Origin: Trichoplax sp. H2
Taxonomy: Eukaryota
Reading direction: 5' to 3'
Assembly (NCBI GenBank): GCA_003344405.1
Contig: NOWV01000166.1
Location: forward strand, 124,001-172,800
Length of the DNA stretch: 48,800 nucleotides
Below, in pieces: positions 14,395 to 28,100 of this stretch; within the stretch, counting starts at the first letter, position 1, and every line of letters begins with the position of its first letter. A program made the position numbers and the translations under genes. The notes under the pieces were generated by a model, which worked only from the letters and a program-made list of their open reading frames with translations, was not told the DNA's origin and searched no databases.

Positions 14395-14940
14395 TGGAAA
14401 TCAACTCCTGTACAGTGTTGCATGCTGAAACTCATTAGAGCAGAATGTATCCAAGAAATTGACACGTCGAAGTTAGAAAAAATTGAGCTGATCGCTTTAA
14501 CTGTGCGACATAAGTTAACCCACCTATGATCATCTGGAAATCCACTACGGTACAGTATTGCATGCCGAAACTCATTAGAGCCGAATGCATCCATGAAATT
14601 GACATGTCGAAGTTGGAAAAAATTGAGCTGATCGCTTTAACTGTGCGACATAAGTTAACGTATGATCATCTGGAAATCCACTACGGTACCAGTATTGCAT
14701 GCCGAAACTCATTAGAGCCGAATGCATCCATGAAATTGACATGTCGAAGTTAGAAAAAATTGAGCTGATTACTTCAACTGTGCGACGTAAGTTACCCTCT
14801 GATCATCTGGAAATCCACTACGGTACAATATTGCATGGTGAAATTCATTGGAGCAGAATGCATCCATGAAATTGAGAGGTCGAAGTTAGAAAAAATTGAG
14901 CTGGTCGTTTATACTGTATGAAGTAAGTAAGTTAAACTCT
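14395..14940. repeat. Tandem array A, ~4 x 135-140 bp, with internal inverted repeats
   Basis: Unit ggaaatccactacggtacagtattgcatgccgaaactcattagagccgaatgcatccatgaaattgacatgtcgaagttagaaaaaattgagctgatcgctttaactgtgcgacataagttaac; outer copies are more diverged. Confidence 0.92.
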
Positions 14941-15914
14941 GATAGATCAATGTACGTTATATCGTAAGTCGATGTGATTTCAGCTTCGATCTATACAAGC
15001 TTTGCATGTCCGCATTATACGTACAGTTACTGCACACAGTGATGACTATGGCGATGATTTTTGAGTTCTGCAGGAGTACATTACGTTCTGCTACTTCTCA
15101 CTGAACAACCATCAAATCTGGCATACCGTTGAAAGAAAATGAATGTGCACCGAAGTAGTAAAGAACTGGCCCGTGGCCGTAGCACATTGTTAGCAGATTG
15201 ATGGCAGTTTAAGTTATCGGGAATATTATATATTGCAATAACAGTTTTATGACAACAAGAGTCGAATATCATTTCCATTCTAGTCAATGAGCTTGAATTT
15301 CATCAATGACAGCATCCATTTCATCAGGCAATATCACTGCTCAACATACAGTATACTGTATAACTGTAATGACTTGCAGTATTTCTACGCCACTACTAGA
15401 TCAAATGACCTTTGCGATCATTCTAATTAGCTATCTACATCGTATCTATTATATAATGATCTTGTTTTATCGCTAAGTTTACCTTATAGTCTACCATCGT
15501 TGTAGCAATTGCCCTTGCTACAGTCCGATTGAACACAATCCTACAGCAAGAGACAACTTTTAGAATCATTAAATCCTGTCAATGTCAATAATAAGTTGTA
15601 AATATCCTTTCGACGTCTCTTTCACACCAGTTGCAATCGATGGATCTTGCTGTTAATGTAGAGAGATACAGTTAGTTCAACAGTTATAAGTGAGAATACA
15701 ACGCTTGCACTGCAACCTCAAGCAGATCGATAGACCAACCAGTACGAAGATTCCCTGGTGATGATAGGATGTTTACAGTCTGTGCATGTGCAGTATTCAC
15801 AAGTGCAAAAGCACTAACTGGTTCTAGACTTCTAAATGGCGAATTGTAGGTGTGGTTATCATGTTATTACAGTACCAGGGACCACTGGCAACAAAGCAAA
15901 AAATCCCCCCCCCC

Positions 15915-16215
15915 TTTTCCGTAGCAATTTCCCTACCTAATTAAAACCTTTTCCTTTCTGACAGTACTGCACTTATTGGAGGAAAAGGTTTTCCGTAGCA
16001 ATTTCCCTAGCTAACTAAAGCCTTTTCCTTTCTGACAGTACTGCACTTATTGGGGGAAAAGGTTTTCTGTAGCAATTTCCCTACCTAATTAAAACCTTTT
16101 CCTTTCTGACAGCACTGCACTTATTGGGGGAAAAGGTTTTCTGTAGCAATTTCCCTAGCTAACTAAAGCCTTTTCCTTTCTGACAGTACTGCACTTATTG
16201 GAGGAAAAGGTTTTC
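15915..16215. repeat. Tandem array B, 4 x 74 bp, each unit with a long hairpin
   Basis: gtagcaatttccc starts at 15921, 15995, 16069, 16143; each unit has aaa(a/g)ccttttcct ... (a/g)ggaaaaggtttt; preceded by an A-run and C-run. Confidence 0.95.
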
Positions 16216-16914
16216 TCCTCTTTATTCGAGGTCAAAATTTTTTGGACGTTTACTGTCGATGTACCTGTACACAATCTGGTTGGCTTGGTACTACACTGCG
16301 TGGTTACAGTATGCTTTCCAATAGCGCAAAGTATTATTTTACAAGTTGCTAAAATGGAATAATAATTTTAGGCAAAATTGTAATCCATATGCTCACATGA
16401 TTATGCAATATACGATATAGACTCAAAAGCATGTATATATATTGTCATATACATTATACAGTAGAGTTCACCTTGTTGAAAGCTTTGTGCGCCTTCATGC
16501 AGTACTTACAATATTGTATAGAATCATAATCATAATAATTACCATGACAAGATTGGAGAACAGTAGATGAATTAATTCTACACAACGGAACTAAAAATAA
16601 GGAGGGTCCTTTGTTAATTGTTACTCAAAAAAATGCTGATTTTGTGCTGTTGTGAATGAGTCCAGGCAGTGCAACCTATACTTCTCGCGCCGCATTAAAA
16701 TGCCCACTAGAATCTACAGTGTAATCAAGATTTGTAGGGTGAATGAATGAATGTAAGGGGAATTGAATGTGGTGTTCAAGATCGTTTAAACAGGTGCAAG
16801 CACAAGTACGCCAAGAGCCAGTATGATATACTCGTACAGTAAATGGTTTTCACCTCACGACGCCTCGTAAATGTGCAGATGGAATCTAGTATTCAAGTAG
16901 TGCCTCACAACGAG

Positions 16915-18030
16915 AATAGGATGCATCCAACGCTATTTCGTTGGTTGCATTCTCGTCAATAACGATAGGCTTGAATTTACTTCATTAATAACTGGTTGCA
17001 TTGCTACATGTAAACCTGCAAAATACGAAATGTTTACCAATGTACACTGTACAGGTACAACTCTACTCTACAGAAAGCTACCGTTGTGCAGATACCCATA
17101 TAAGCATGGCTTCTTCTATACTCAGTACGTACGCTTATGTCGGTATGTAAATCAGAACAGTAAGCATAGGATGCATCCAACGCTCTTTCGTTTAATGCAT
17201 TCTTGTCATTAACTATAAGCTCCAATTACTTCATTACTGGTTGCATTGCAACTTGTAAACCTGCAAAGTACGAAATATTTAACTCTGCTTGAAAAAGTAG
17301 TGTGTGCACATATAACATACTTTAGGCATGTAAATCAGAGCAACGAGCTTAGGATGCATCTAATACTTTCATTTGATGCATTCTTGTCAATAATCGATGA
17401 TAGGCTCGAATTACTGCATTAATAAACTGGTAGCATTGCTGCACGTAAACCTGCAAAATACGAAATGTTTAACTCTGCTCGAAAAAGTAGTGTGTGCATA
17501 TATAACATACTGTAGGCATGTAAATCAGAGCAACGAGCTTAGGACGCACCTAATACTATTTCCTTGGATGCATTCTTGTCAATCATCCTAAGCTCGAATT
17601 ACTTCATTAATAACTAGTAGCGTTGCTACATGTAAACTTGCAAAATACGAAATGTTTAACTCTGCTCAAAAAAGTAGTTCGTGCATATATAATACACCGT
17701 AGGCATGTAAATCAGAGCAACGAGCTTAGGATGCATCTAATACTATTTCCTTGGATGCATTCTTGTCCATCATCCTAGGCTCGAATTACTTCATTAATGA
17801 CTGGTAGCATTGCTACATGTAAACCTGCAAAATACGAAATGTTTAACTCTGCTCGAAAAAGTAGTGTGTGCATATATAACATGCTGTAGGCATGTAAATC
17901 AGAGCAATGAACTTACGATGCATCCAACACTCTTCCCTTTGATGCATTCTTATAGGCTCCATTACTTTATTAATAACTGATTGCATTGCTACTTGTAACT
18001 TGTAAACTTATAAAATACAAAATGTTCACC
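16915..18030. repeat. Tandem array C, ~6 x ~188 bp
   Basis: ggatgcatc...tgcattct / gtagcattgctacatgtaaacctgcaaaatacgaaatgtttaac / ggcatgtaaatcagagcaacgagc recurs near 16919, 17168, 17352, 17542, 17729, 17917. Confidence 0.92.
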
Positions 18031-18233
18031 AATGTAGTGCCACATTTTACAGTACTTTACACAAAAGTGCAGTGTTTTGTCATCGAGATACAGTAAGATG
18101 GAAAAAAGTAGTCTGTACACTATATACTGTAGTACTGTACATCTTGCGCTTTGAAGAATGGTATCCATTTTGACTGTAAGAGTGAAAAATTGTCCTCTAA
18201 TTAAGCAATTTACGCTGAATATTGAAGACACAA

Positions 18234-18751
18234 ATTTAAGATATCGATGTTGACATGGCTGGGCCTACTGTACAATGTAAAGTTAGCTAGGCCATGTCCT
18301 ATAGTACAATTCGGGCGAGTTTCAGGATTTCAGAATGTCGTTGTGCAAATCAGGGCAACGAGCCAATTGGACCGGATAGCCAGCGGTCTGTAGGCTTATT
18401 TAAGACACGATTTAAGATATCGAAATTGACATGGCTGGGCCTAATGTACAATGTAAAGTTGGCTAAGGCATGTCCTATAGTACAATTCGGGCGGGTTTCA
18501 GGATTTCAGGATGTCGTTATGCAAATCAGGGCAACGAGCCAATTGGACCGGATAGCCAGCGGTCTGTAGGCTTATTTAAGACACGATTTAAGATATCGAA
18601 ATTGACATGGCTGGGCCTAATGTACAATGTAAAGTTGGCTAAGGCATGTCCTATAATACAATTCGGGCGGGTTTCAGGATTTCAGGATGTCGTTATGCAA
18701 ATCAGGGCAACGAGCCCAATTGGACCGGATAGCCAGCGGTCTGTAGGCTTA
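18234..18751. repeat. Tandem array D, 3 x 176 bp, immediately upstream of RAD50
   Basis: Near-identical units atttaagatatcgaaattgacatggctgggcc...ggatagccagcggtctgtaggctta; the ORF track repeats with a 176-bp offset (18294 vs 18470). Confidence 0.95.
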
Positions 18752-18906
18752 CTGTACTTTAATTAGTTAATTAGACGAATTTAATTGTTATTATGTAATA
18801 CTGTCAACACTTCTAGTATACGTACATTACAGCAACAGTCATGGTCTATACTGTACTGTACTGTACAGAATAGGCTAAACACTGCTTGCACACATTCAAG
18901 CTCGAG

Positions 18907-18915
18907 CGCCATTTT
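18907..18915 (+). promoter_or_regulatory. YY1-like motif (CGCCATTTT) near the RAD50 5' end
   Basis: Matches CGCCATNTT, ~210 bp before the ATG; the same motif lies before CDK9 and at 48689. Confidence 0.35.
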
Positions 18916-19123
18916 GCACTGCAAGCACAGTAAATGTTGTAGGTAAATTCCAGAAATTGTGACGTTTACTGCTTGTATTGGTTTCAATAGAAACTTGCTC
19001 AACTGCAACAGTTACTCTCCCAACCAGCAGGCGAAGAAATTATTACCAAGTGGGCTGGAAATAGTTTAGCAATCTGCTGGAAATTAAGTCGATTCTACGG
19101 AAGAAATCAAATGCAACCAAGCC

Positions 19124-22100
19124 ATGTCGTCGATCGATAGAATGCTGATCGTGGGCATACGTAGTTTTAGCCCGCAAAGTCAACAAGGTGGTGTTATCGA
19201 GTTTGGCAAACCACTAACTGTTATTACCGGTCATAATGGTGCTGGCAAAACGGTAATTGAAGGATAGTATTCCTTTCTACTGTATTGTGCAGTGATAGCA
19301 ATTCTAAACATAGTTATTACCGCTTGTTTCTGGACACGATATACTTACTGTATACCAGCAAAGTCATGAGCTTCTCAGTTCGATATCGATGGGCAGTTTG
19401 TCTCTTTCAACAGATGATACCGATCTCCAATAGTTGTTACACTCTGTAAAATGACACAGTTTGTTTGCAATAGAATTACATTGAATTGAAAAAAAATGAA
19501 ATTTAAATGTTGCTCGACGCTCAACTGCGCCTATCATCATGCGTTACATTGAATAATAGCACTGGGCAGTGTGCATATTCATTATTCAGCTTCTCTACCA
19601 ATCCTTTCATTAATGAAGCTAATTAAAGTATATGCAGTAAGGTTAATTATCGCTGCATTCTGTATCTAACGCTGTTATGCTAACATTTCTTTTTTAGACA
19701 ATCATTGAATGTCTGAAATATGCAACCTGTGGTTATACACCTCCAAATACTAAAAATGGAGCATTTATTAACGATCCAAAGGTATGGCTAAAACAAAATC
19801 TCGGCTTAAAACAGTTCTTTTATTGCGTTCATTGCAATGAAAGTTTAAAATCATCTTCGAATGCATCATTTTTAATTCGATGAAGCTGCTCTAAGTGTCT
19901 CTTCTGATCAGAGCAAAAACATCTCTAATATAGAACTGTAGTTCAGTGTATGCTATTGTACACTACAATACGAAGCCCTGCACGTTATTATTCTAATCTT
20001 AGCGAATATTTATGCCACACTACAGTATCGAGGATAAGTGTACTTGACATTAACGCCACTTTCTACTTACTCACTATATACAAGCTCTTGCTGTAAAGTA
20101 TGATGTTGCTTCCAAATCTAGGCCATTAAATTAGAAACTTATATTACGGCACATATAAGTAGCGCAAATGTAACAATAAATAGATACGCCTCTATAATAA
20201 ATTAATTGATAAAAGTCATTATGCATCTACCTTCGATCGATTGTCTTAGCAGTTGATATTTCGTATAAGCAGATAATTTATGCGACATAATATTTGTCAG
20301 GTTGCTGGCGAAAGAGAAGTTAAAGCTCAAATCAAGTTGAAATTTCATGATGTTAGTGGCAAAAGTACTGTTTGTGTACGCTCTTTGGTAGCGACGCAAA
20401 AGGTAAACAACTTTAAATATAGATAAATGATTAATTGCTCTAAAGTAATAGAAAGTTTTATAATAGATTGATCAGTTATTAATCAATGACTAGCGTGACT
20501 AATTGTATTGAAACGGTCACAATTTGCTGTATATCTTACCATTGATTTCCGCCAACTTGAAGGGACGGAGTGATAGAGTAGAAGTGAAAACATTGGAAGG
20601 AACGATTAGTCGTACGGAACATGGAGAGGTAAAAAGTGATCTAATGTAGTGGTAAGATGGTATCATTATAAGGCACAAATTATATTAACCTTCGAATGTG
20701 ACTAATTCATTACAAAATTTAGAGAAGCAGTATTAGCTCAAAATGTGCTGAAATGGACCGAGAGGTATCTAATGGATATTTAAGTTTATTTTAAATTTCA
20801 ATGGCAGTATTCTGATATACGTATTATACGTGTTTACAATGTTATATATTAAAACGATAAGGTTAAAATCAAGCCTATTTCTTACAATTAGGTACCTTTT
20901 CATTAGCAATGTATATTGTTGTTCATGACTATATTGTAATACTCATGCATATAGATGACTACGCTATTGGGAGTTTCGAAGCCAGTGCTCAATCACGTTA
21001 TATTTTGCCATCAAGAAGATTCGACCTGGTTAGTTATTTATTTGGAAGTAATTTAAACAGATGACTTATTCCCTAACATGTCTTGTTATGAGCATTATAT
21101 TGTTTTTCTTATTTTATTATCGATGGCTAACATCAGGCAAAAATGTTTATTTTACGAGTACATAACTGGAATCGGATCTCATGTTAATCTAGGCCTTTGC
21201 AAGAAGGAAAAGCACTTAAAACAAAATTTGACGATATCTTCGCGTCGACTAGGTTGATTTGAATTATTAAGCACGATTACTTACATAATTAAGAATACTA
21301 ATTAACTCGTAAGCTCCACCATGTCTAATCTGTTACAATTCTATTCGAAAAGGTATATTAAGGCTTTGGATGCTATAAAGAAATGTAGCAAGGAACAAGT
21401 ACGACTCTGTTAACCTTTACTTGAGTAAGATACGTCTAGTATAACCTGCTATTATCTTGCAGAACCAATACGTGAAAGAATTTAATACTGAATTAACCTA
21501 CCTACAAGAAAACAAGAAAAAATCTCAAGAAGTAAAAGAATCTTATTTATTATTTAATGGAATAATGTAGATTCCGTAAATAAATGGAATAACATCGTAA
21601 TATTTTAAGATAAAAAATTGAAATATTTTCGCTTTACGACAGATTAAAGAAGAATTAGAAAGTACGCAAATGCAGTTGAGGGTTTTGGAAGATAATCTAC
21701 GAAAGATTGTAGTAGAGCTTAAACCGCTGCAGGTAGAGAATATGAGCAGTATTATTAGATAAGTTACATTCAGATTATTATATTTAATTGAATGCTAATA
21801 AAGAGTGTAAAATATTACTATTTTTTAATTATCTACAGGAGGATGTTTATTCATTGGAAGACAAGTTACGCAATTATCAAAAAATCGAAAATAACATCGG
21901 TATTATAAGATAGTATTTTTACTGAATATTTGTAGTTTTAAATATTCTAAATTCTAATCTCGAATTTAGAATCATATAACGCAGTCAAAAAGCAGATACT
22001 AAAGAATCAGGAAAATTTAAGAAGTAAAGTTAGGAAATTAATGCCTGGTAAGCTTGAATATCAAATAAATATATTATTATAAAATGAATAAATATCAAGA

Positions 22101-25100
22101 TATTAATTACTTGACCGTTCTACATTCGGAGAACATTTAAAGATGTAATAATAAATAAGCTATCGTCTTATTAAATCACAATTATCGCTAATTACAACCA
22201 GAGAGCTTAAACGAATTGAATGGTCGCCTGATTGAATTTGATAGAACAGTTGCAAACGCCGAAGCAGAATTAAAACATGTAAAAATTTAAAAATTGGAGT
22301 TCATTTCATTTCATGCAAGAATAGCAAAAACCGCCGTATTTTCATTATTTATAGCAATATTTTAATAATTATTTGATTGTCTGATAGTTAGAAAAACAAC
22401 TTCAGAACAAATCCGAGCAAAGTAATCGAGAAAATCAAAATTATCAATCAATGTACAGAGAATATTGTAATGCGATACAAGCGTCAAAGGTGTGTCCCTA
22501 TTGCAATATCAACATCTTGTACGATATAGCTCCTTTATGAATTAATTAAAAGACTGCAACTGCCTAAAATGTGGCACTTACGTTAATTTCTTAGACTAAC
22601 AAACAAACTCTTGAAGAATTGGATAATATCATCTTAAAAGTTGCAAGATCGTATAATTTTGCGGGTATCGTATCTTAGAATGTGATAGATGTTGTCCAAT
22701 AATTTTAACGTCCTTATAGACATTATTGTATCTGTAGCTCAGTCTAATTAGATGTCTGCTGTCTAAACAGATTTTGGTCAAGCCCCCTTTTCAGTTGATC
22801 AGGTGAAGAGATTTATGGAATGTATGAAACAAAAGTACCGTGCTGTTATGAAAGACGAGGAAAGTGTGAAGGTTTGTGTTGTCTTAATGTAATTAATGTT
22901 TATGTAGCCTATTACAAGTACTTGCACTCCATTACATTAGCGGTGAGTCTTCGGTATAATTATATAACTATTAATTGGCATTATTAGAATGATTACAATA
23001 AAAAACTCACTGATATCCAAGTAAAGATCACCGAGCAAGAAAAAATGCAGATAAAATTTCAGGAGGCCGAATTGTTACATAAAGCTTCACAGGTATTTTA
23101 ATTTTCACAGAAAAATGTCTATCAAAGGAAGTCTACTATAGTTTGTTGCATATGTATTATAAGTTGTTATGATAATTAGGTATAGCCGTATAGGTGATGA
23201 TCACTCACTATATTTTTTCTATAATTTCAGGAAGAATGTAAACGGAAAATGACGAAGATAGACAAGGAACTAAATAATATAAGCTTTGCAACATCTGAAT
23301 TAGGCAACATTGAGAAGGAACTAAGGCGATATGTTCGTAGCTAATTTTCTGAGCAAAATTGTAAAAGAAGCAAAGTCCTAAATTACTTTTTTATATTTTC
23401 GGGTACGAAAATTCTTAGGAGCGAGAACTGGATGATGCTAGATCCGAAGAAACAGTCAATGATTTAGAACAAGATATTGGTAAATTGAAAAAGGAAAAGA
23501 CTACGCTTAATGATAAGCTTATGGAACTCAGGTGATCTTGCTATTCAGTAATATTATGAGTACTTAAGTCACCTTGCAGTAAATTAATCGCCTAGAGACT
23601 ATTTCTTATAGAAATGAAATGGTGAATTTGCAACGATTTACAAGCCAGCAAGCTAAAATAGAGCACTTAAATAAAGATAAAAATACCAAAGAAAGGGCTA
23701 TCCAGCAATTGTTAGTTATGACTTCCTAAACCGTGAATTTCGATGGTTATAATTATTTTATATGATAGTTACTTACAAAACTTTTCCTTACTTAAAGGAA
23801 GTTACTATATGCGGATGATCTAAATGCAATCTTTGGCTGTATACCGGAACTAGTAACAACAAAGCTTTCGGATTATATTCGGTAAAGTTAGTCACTAGTA
23901 AATTATTAATTGTATGCTTTAAGTTGTTCTTCAAGCAACTACGTATTTCATATTGTTTATTTCGTCAAAATAACACGATTAAGGGGGAAAGAAGTGGAAT
24001 TTGAAACCTTATCACCCAAAATGAAGAAAGCTCAACAAAACTTATCCTCAACAGAAACTTTCCTTGCGATTGAACAGTACGTTGCTAGAGTTAGCATTCC
24101 ATTAATCATGTATTTGTCAAGCTTATTGAAAATTGTTTTTATAGAGATAAGCTAGAAAGAAAACAGAGGACCTTAACGGGTATTTATAGAAAATATTTGA
24201 ATCTACGCGTATTCTGCAATATTTTCAAATATGTTAGTTATTGCTATGTGATGATAAATCCTTTGAGATTTAAAAAATATGCGTAACTAATCCGTGCTAT
24301 TAGAATTACAAGAAAAAGTCTTCGAAATCTGTGGTAACCAAGATTTTGACTTACAACTTGAGAGGCTGCAATCAAGCTTGGAAAAATTGCGAATGTAAGA
24401 TAGCTCCTAAATATTTTGTTACGTCCGATTCAAGTAGAAGTCAACTTTGACCTCTTTCTAACTACAGAGAAGTTGGTGCAATTAATGCGTCCCAGCATTT
24501 TTTTCAAAAGTATATCATGAAACTAGAAGAGCAAGATTCACCTTGTCCCCTTTGTCATAGACGATTTGGTAGCCGGAGTGAGAACGCAAGTTTAGTAAAA
24601 GAGGTAATCCAAAATATTTCAGTTTCAGTACGAGTCATCATTGTCCGTAAGACTAACGTTATCTCGATGAATACAAAATATTGAATACCTTTATTTTTTT
24701 ACTGTCTCTTGCTACGTTATCCCTTTATGAGTGTACTCTTCTATTTTAAGATACGCACAAAAGTCGAAAGTATACCTTCTAGGCTATCACAGCATAGAGA
24801 GAAAATTGAACTCCAGCAGAGTAAATATGAAGACTTCTTGCAGTTAAAGCCAGTTAGGAATCAGGTTTGTTGACGATCTTGATGTACTGTATTGACTTAT
24901 ATTAAAAGGTTACGCTAAGTAATGTATTGTATGAATGATTTAGATAACTGCCCTTGAAGATGAATTACCTGTCATAAGGGCAAAAATTAACGATTACCAA
25001 GGAGAACTTCAAAAAGAGAAAAAAAATTTTGATGATGTAGGAGATATTATCGTTTCGACATGCCTTTTATGAAACAATTAGCTAACAATTAAACGTTTTT

Positions 25101-28100
25101 GTATTTAAAGATTAAAGAAATCAAGTGCCTATTAGATAACGAGCTAGCGGTTGCTAGAAAAATTGCGCCACAAATGGAAACAATGAATGTGTATGAAAAG
25201 GAACTGAAAGACTTAGAAAGAGAAATTGTTTTGCAGACAACTCAATTAAATGTGAAAGGTGATTGTTAACTTTTTATATTGCTCTCAGTACGAGTGACAA
25301 GTTTATTTGATTTTGCAGCTCACAGGATTTCATATTTCTCCTTCAGGTACAGGTAATACTAAACGAAATCTGCAAACTGTTCACAGAGAGCACGAAGAGT
25401 TGCAGTCGAAATGGTGCTGAAACATTTCAGTATAGTTACAATGTCTTTATAATTTTACTAATACTCGTAATCTTTCTAACTGGTAAAAATTATTATGATA
25501 GTGATGCTTTATCAAGAACAATTGATCGAAAGAGTCAATTAATGCTTCAGCAGCAAAAACATATATCAGATCTGGAAAGAATAGCTAATGACCTGAAGGC
25601 ACAAATGGTACAAATTCCTTGAACTTGGCTTAGTGATATTATGGAAGATATTTAAATCTTTATTGAATGATTATTTTTATGTTTTTATCTAGTTTCAATG
25701 CCAAGTTAAATTGCAAGGTGTTAACCGTCTGCAAGATGAAAAGACTAAATTAGCTGTGGAGATATCTGACTTTGAACGTAAAATTATGGTAACACTACAT
25801 TTTCTTGATTCTCATGCACTATATCAATGTAAGTAAGATTACTAATAAATTGCTAATTTGCGGTACTAGGAAGCAAAAAGCCAGATCAAGCCAATAGCGG
25901 TTAGAAAGGAGCAGTGTTTGGTTTAGTGATAAGGCCAAACCTCATGTTTATTTTTAAAATTCGTACAGAATAGCTTAGCAAAACTCAAGAAAGAGAAGTG
26001 GGATCTAGAAAATCAATGTGAAGAAGCAAGAGAATCATTTCGTGATAAGGTTAAGCAGCAATTTTTACACCTGCACAATTTAACACATTTGTTTGAAATC
26101 ACCACTTTGCAATCATATATTGCCTAAGCATTAAGTTGTTAATGTACTGTTTAAAGTGCTATCATAAAATAACGTTCTAAAACATGCTAAGATTAGGCTA
26201 ACATTTATACTTTTTTTATTATCCTTTCAGCTGAGTGAAGTTAAAGAATTGGGCGACAAAGCGATATCATTAAATCGAGAAGTTAAAAAGTAATTCTTGT
26301 TAAACTTTGACGAATTTGTAGTTCTTGGAGGTAATTAAGTATTTGAAGCTGATTTCGTTATGTACTTTCATATATATTGTGTAGATATAAAGATAGTGGC
26401 TATGAAGCCAAAGTAGTCGAAGGTGAAGGGGAGATGCAAAGAATGAAAGAAATTCTAGATGACCTTGCTGCTACTCGCGAAAGACTATCTCGCAAGATCC
26501 AAGAAAGTGGGAGCTTTATCACTTCTCAAAAGGTATGCATTTATATTTATTTATCACAGAATCAAACTTCGCATTAAACTAGCGGTGATAACGGTAAAAT
26601 GAAATGGCTGAAAATTATTTATACCGTTAAATGCTTGTTCTTATAAATGATCTAATTTGATTGAGTAGTTAGAGAAACGATGTCTTGAAGACAACATTCA
26701 GATCCGCCGTAACGAAAAGGATATTGAAACGTATGAACTGAAGATTATCGAACTTAATCAAGAATTAAAAGGAGAAAATGTACCATCTATAAGAAGGTTT
26801 GAAGTTATTTCCTAATATACGAATGTCTACTAACTTTAATATGATTTGATATTTATTCTGTTTATCGTTCCTTTTGTAGTAATTTACAGAAAATAAAATC
26901 TAGAGAAGCAGAATTATTAAAGGAGGTATTTAAAGCGCTTATACGAATTTCTGATTGATTCTGTCATTAAAAATCGGAATTCTATACTACTTCAAAAGCG
27001 ATCGAGAATTGATGGCCTAATGGCAGGATTAAGAGAGAAAATTAATAGCTCTCAGCGAAATTTGAAATCTCCAATGTTTGCGAATGCCGAAAAGGATTTT
27101 TTTCATAAGCAAATCGATATTACGGTATTAAATTAAGCGAAGAGTTGGCTACTCTTATTAGGATTAGTGTAACATAAAATTTTTTCGTCTTTGTATAGAC
27201 TACTGAAATGGTTATCAAAGATTTAAGTCAATATCACAAAGCTCTAGATCGGTACGTAGTAAGATAATAAATAAGAACATTTAGAAAGCTTCGATTATGT
27301 TTATCAGTACTTTGCATTACTCGGCAAGATCAATTTATTTTGATCAAGTACCTTTTATTGACATGTTCCCATAAATTCTTATTATGAAGAGCAATTATGC
27401 GCTATCATTACTCCAAAATGGTAGAGATAAATAAAATCATTCGAGAACTTTGGATTAACACATATCGAGGAAGTGGTAAGTTTAAAAGTGACTATTTATA
27501 GTTCGAATATATGTAGCAGTTACTAATATTGGAATTTTAGTTCAATTACGAATTAAAATTGTCATCTCTAACTTTTATGAAATATTAGATTTAGGCAGTA
27601 CGCGTTTTAAAATTTATGACTACAATTATTATCATTTTAATAGATATTGACACAATCGAAATACGTTCAGAAGAAGAACAGGATGCAATAGCCGCCGCTG
27701 CTCCACGTTCGAGAAGAAGTTACAACTATAGGGTACGACTGAGGATTACTGTCAATAAATGATCAGCCAATGCTTTAAATTGTACTATTAAAAAATATTG
27801 TTCCCTTGTAATGTTGTGTAACAGCTAGACAATTTATTGTAAATTTCATTTACTGGAGACATACAGTATTTAAATTATACTTGTATATATAGTACACGTA
27901 TAGGATGCTAGTGGCTTATTGCTGCATATTTATATCAAACTTTGCGGTCGATCGTTATATTCAATTGTCACTAAATTATAATTTAGGTTGTTATGCTAAA
28001 AGGTGATATTGCGCTGGATATGCGGGGAAGATGTAGTGCCGGACAAAAGGTAATTAATTACGGCAGATGATGTTGATTTTTACCAAAAAGATTTAAACCT

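Noticed and set aside
14395-14940. Hammerhead ribozyme in array A
   Set aside because: CGAAAC and a CTAATGAG near-match lie on opposite strands; no CUGANGA...GAAA core with stem II on one strand.
15060-15850. Possible small gene between arrays A and B
   Set aside because: Candidate exons contain stops in the frames tried and show no recognisable motif.
14395-18751. CRISPR-like interpretation of the arrays
   Set aside because: Whole units repeat with no unique spacers, there are no cas genes, and the context is eukaryotic.
14355-18766. Short ORFs in arrays A, C and D
   Set aside because: They are translations of repeats whose frame shifts between units, with no recognisable domains.
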